The notes under the pieces are model-generated. The model saw only the letters and a program-made list of their open reading frames with translations, was not told where the DNA came from and made no database searches. 64,000 nucleotides of DNA from Octopus sinensis (taxonomy: Eukaryota). Every line of letters starts with the position of its first letter. The first letter of the stretch is position 1. Both the position numbers and the translations under genes were made by a program. Of the stretch, positions 63,681 through 64,000 are shown piece by piece. The DNA is taken from contig NW_021836173.1 in assembly GCF_006345805.1 (NCBI RefSeq), forward strand, positions 4,162 through 68,161. The letters are read 5' to 3'.

Positions 63681-64000
63681 GTCGTTGATGAACGACAGAG
63701 ACCTTCTCTTTGTGGCTGGTGATTTCAATGGACATGTTGGACAACGTGCAGGGGGCTTCCGCAATGAGGAGGGAACCGGACTGCTGGAGTTCTGCGATGC
63801 AAATGACCTTATGGTTTGCAATACCAACTTCAGGAAACCTGCCTGTCACCTAGTCACCTATCGTTCTAGCAGACACACCAGCCAAATTGACTATATCCTT
63901 GCCAGAAAAAGGGAAAGAGGGCTGCTTATAAATGCCAAAACCTTCCCAGGCGAAGAATGTACCACTCAACATAGATTAGTAGTTAGTGACTTCAGGAACG
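63681..64000 (+). mobile_element. RTE-type LINE apurinic endonuclease segment, running off the right edge
   Basis: Open frame SLMNDRDLLFVAGDFNGHVG...RNEEGTGLLEFC...SQIDYIL...EECTTQHRLVVSDFR, with the APE motifs GDFN and IDY. Confidence 0.93.

Overview
Eukaryotic (animal) genomic DNA, very AT-rich. It is probably from an octopus-type cephalopod; this is an inference from the look of the SINE and RTE-LINE families and has not been confirmed by any search. There are no prokaryotic genes or CRISPR arrays. Layout from left to right: (1) 1-33486 is a tandem satellite with a 141-bp monomer (~237 copies, running off the left edge); each monomer carries a 29-bp dyad, and there are local higher-order repeats. 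(2) 33487-41052 holds a second, GC-balanced satellite with a 185-bp monomer, in three blocks of alternating orientation. These are separated by AT-rich chains of hairpin modules related to the 141-mer and include a fold-back junction at ~40540. (3) 41835-45360 holds GT-rich simple sequence, (TAG)n, a short degenerate (TTAGGG)n tract and a 1.6-kb degenerate (CCCTAA)n tract; the two telomere-like tracts face head-to-head. (4) 45509-48136 holds a broken RTE LINE and the 3' remnant of a Gmr1-type LTR retroelement. (5) 51256-62595 holds the last five coding exons of a Golgi alpha-mannosidase II gene (GH38, MAN2A-like) on the minus strand; its introns contain RTE LINEs, SINEs and a probable Penelope remnant with a hammerhead motif. 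Beyond the most upstream exon lie a non-autonomous Helitron and another LINE fragment. Most ORFs in the supplied track are by-products of repeats. The most interesting part is the satellite / telomere-like / gene boundary, which could be an ancient end-to-end fusion, an interstitial telomere, a telomere-bearing foldback element, or an assembly join.
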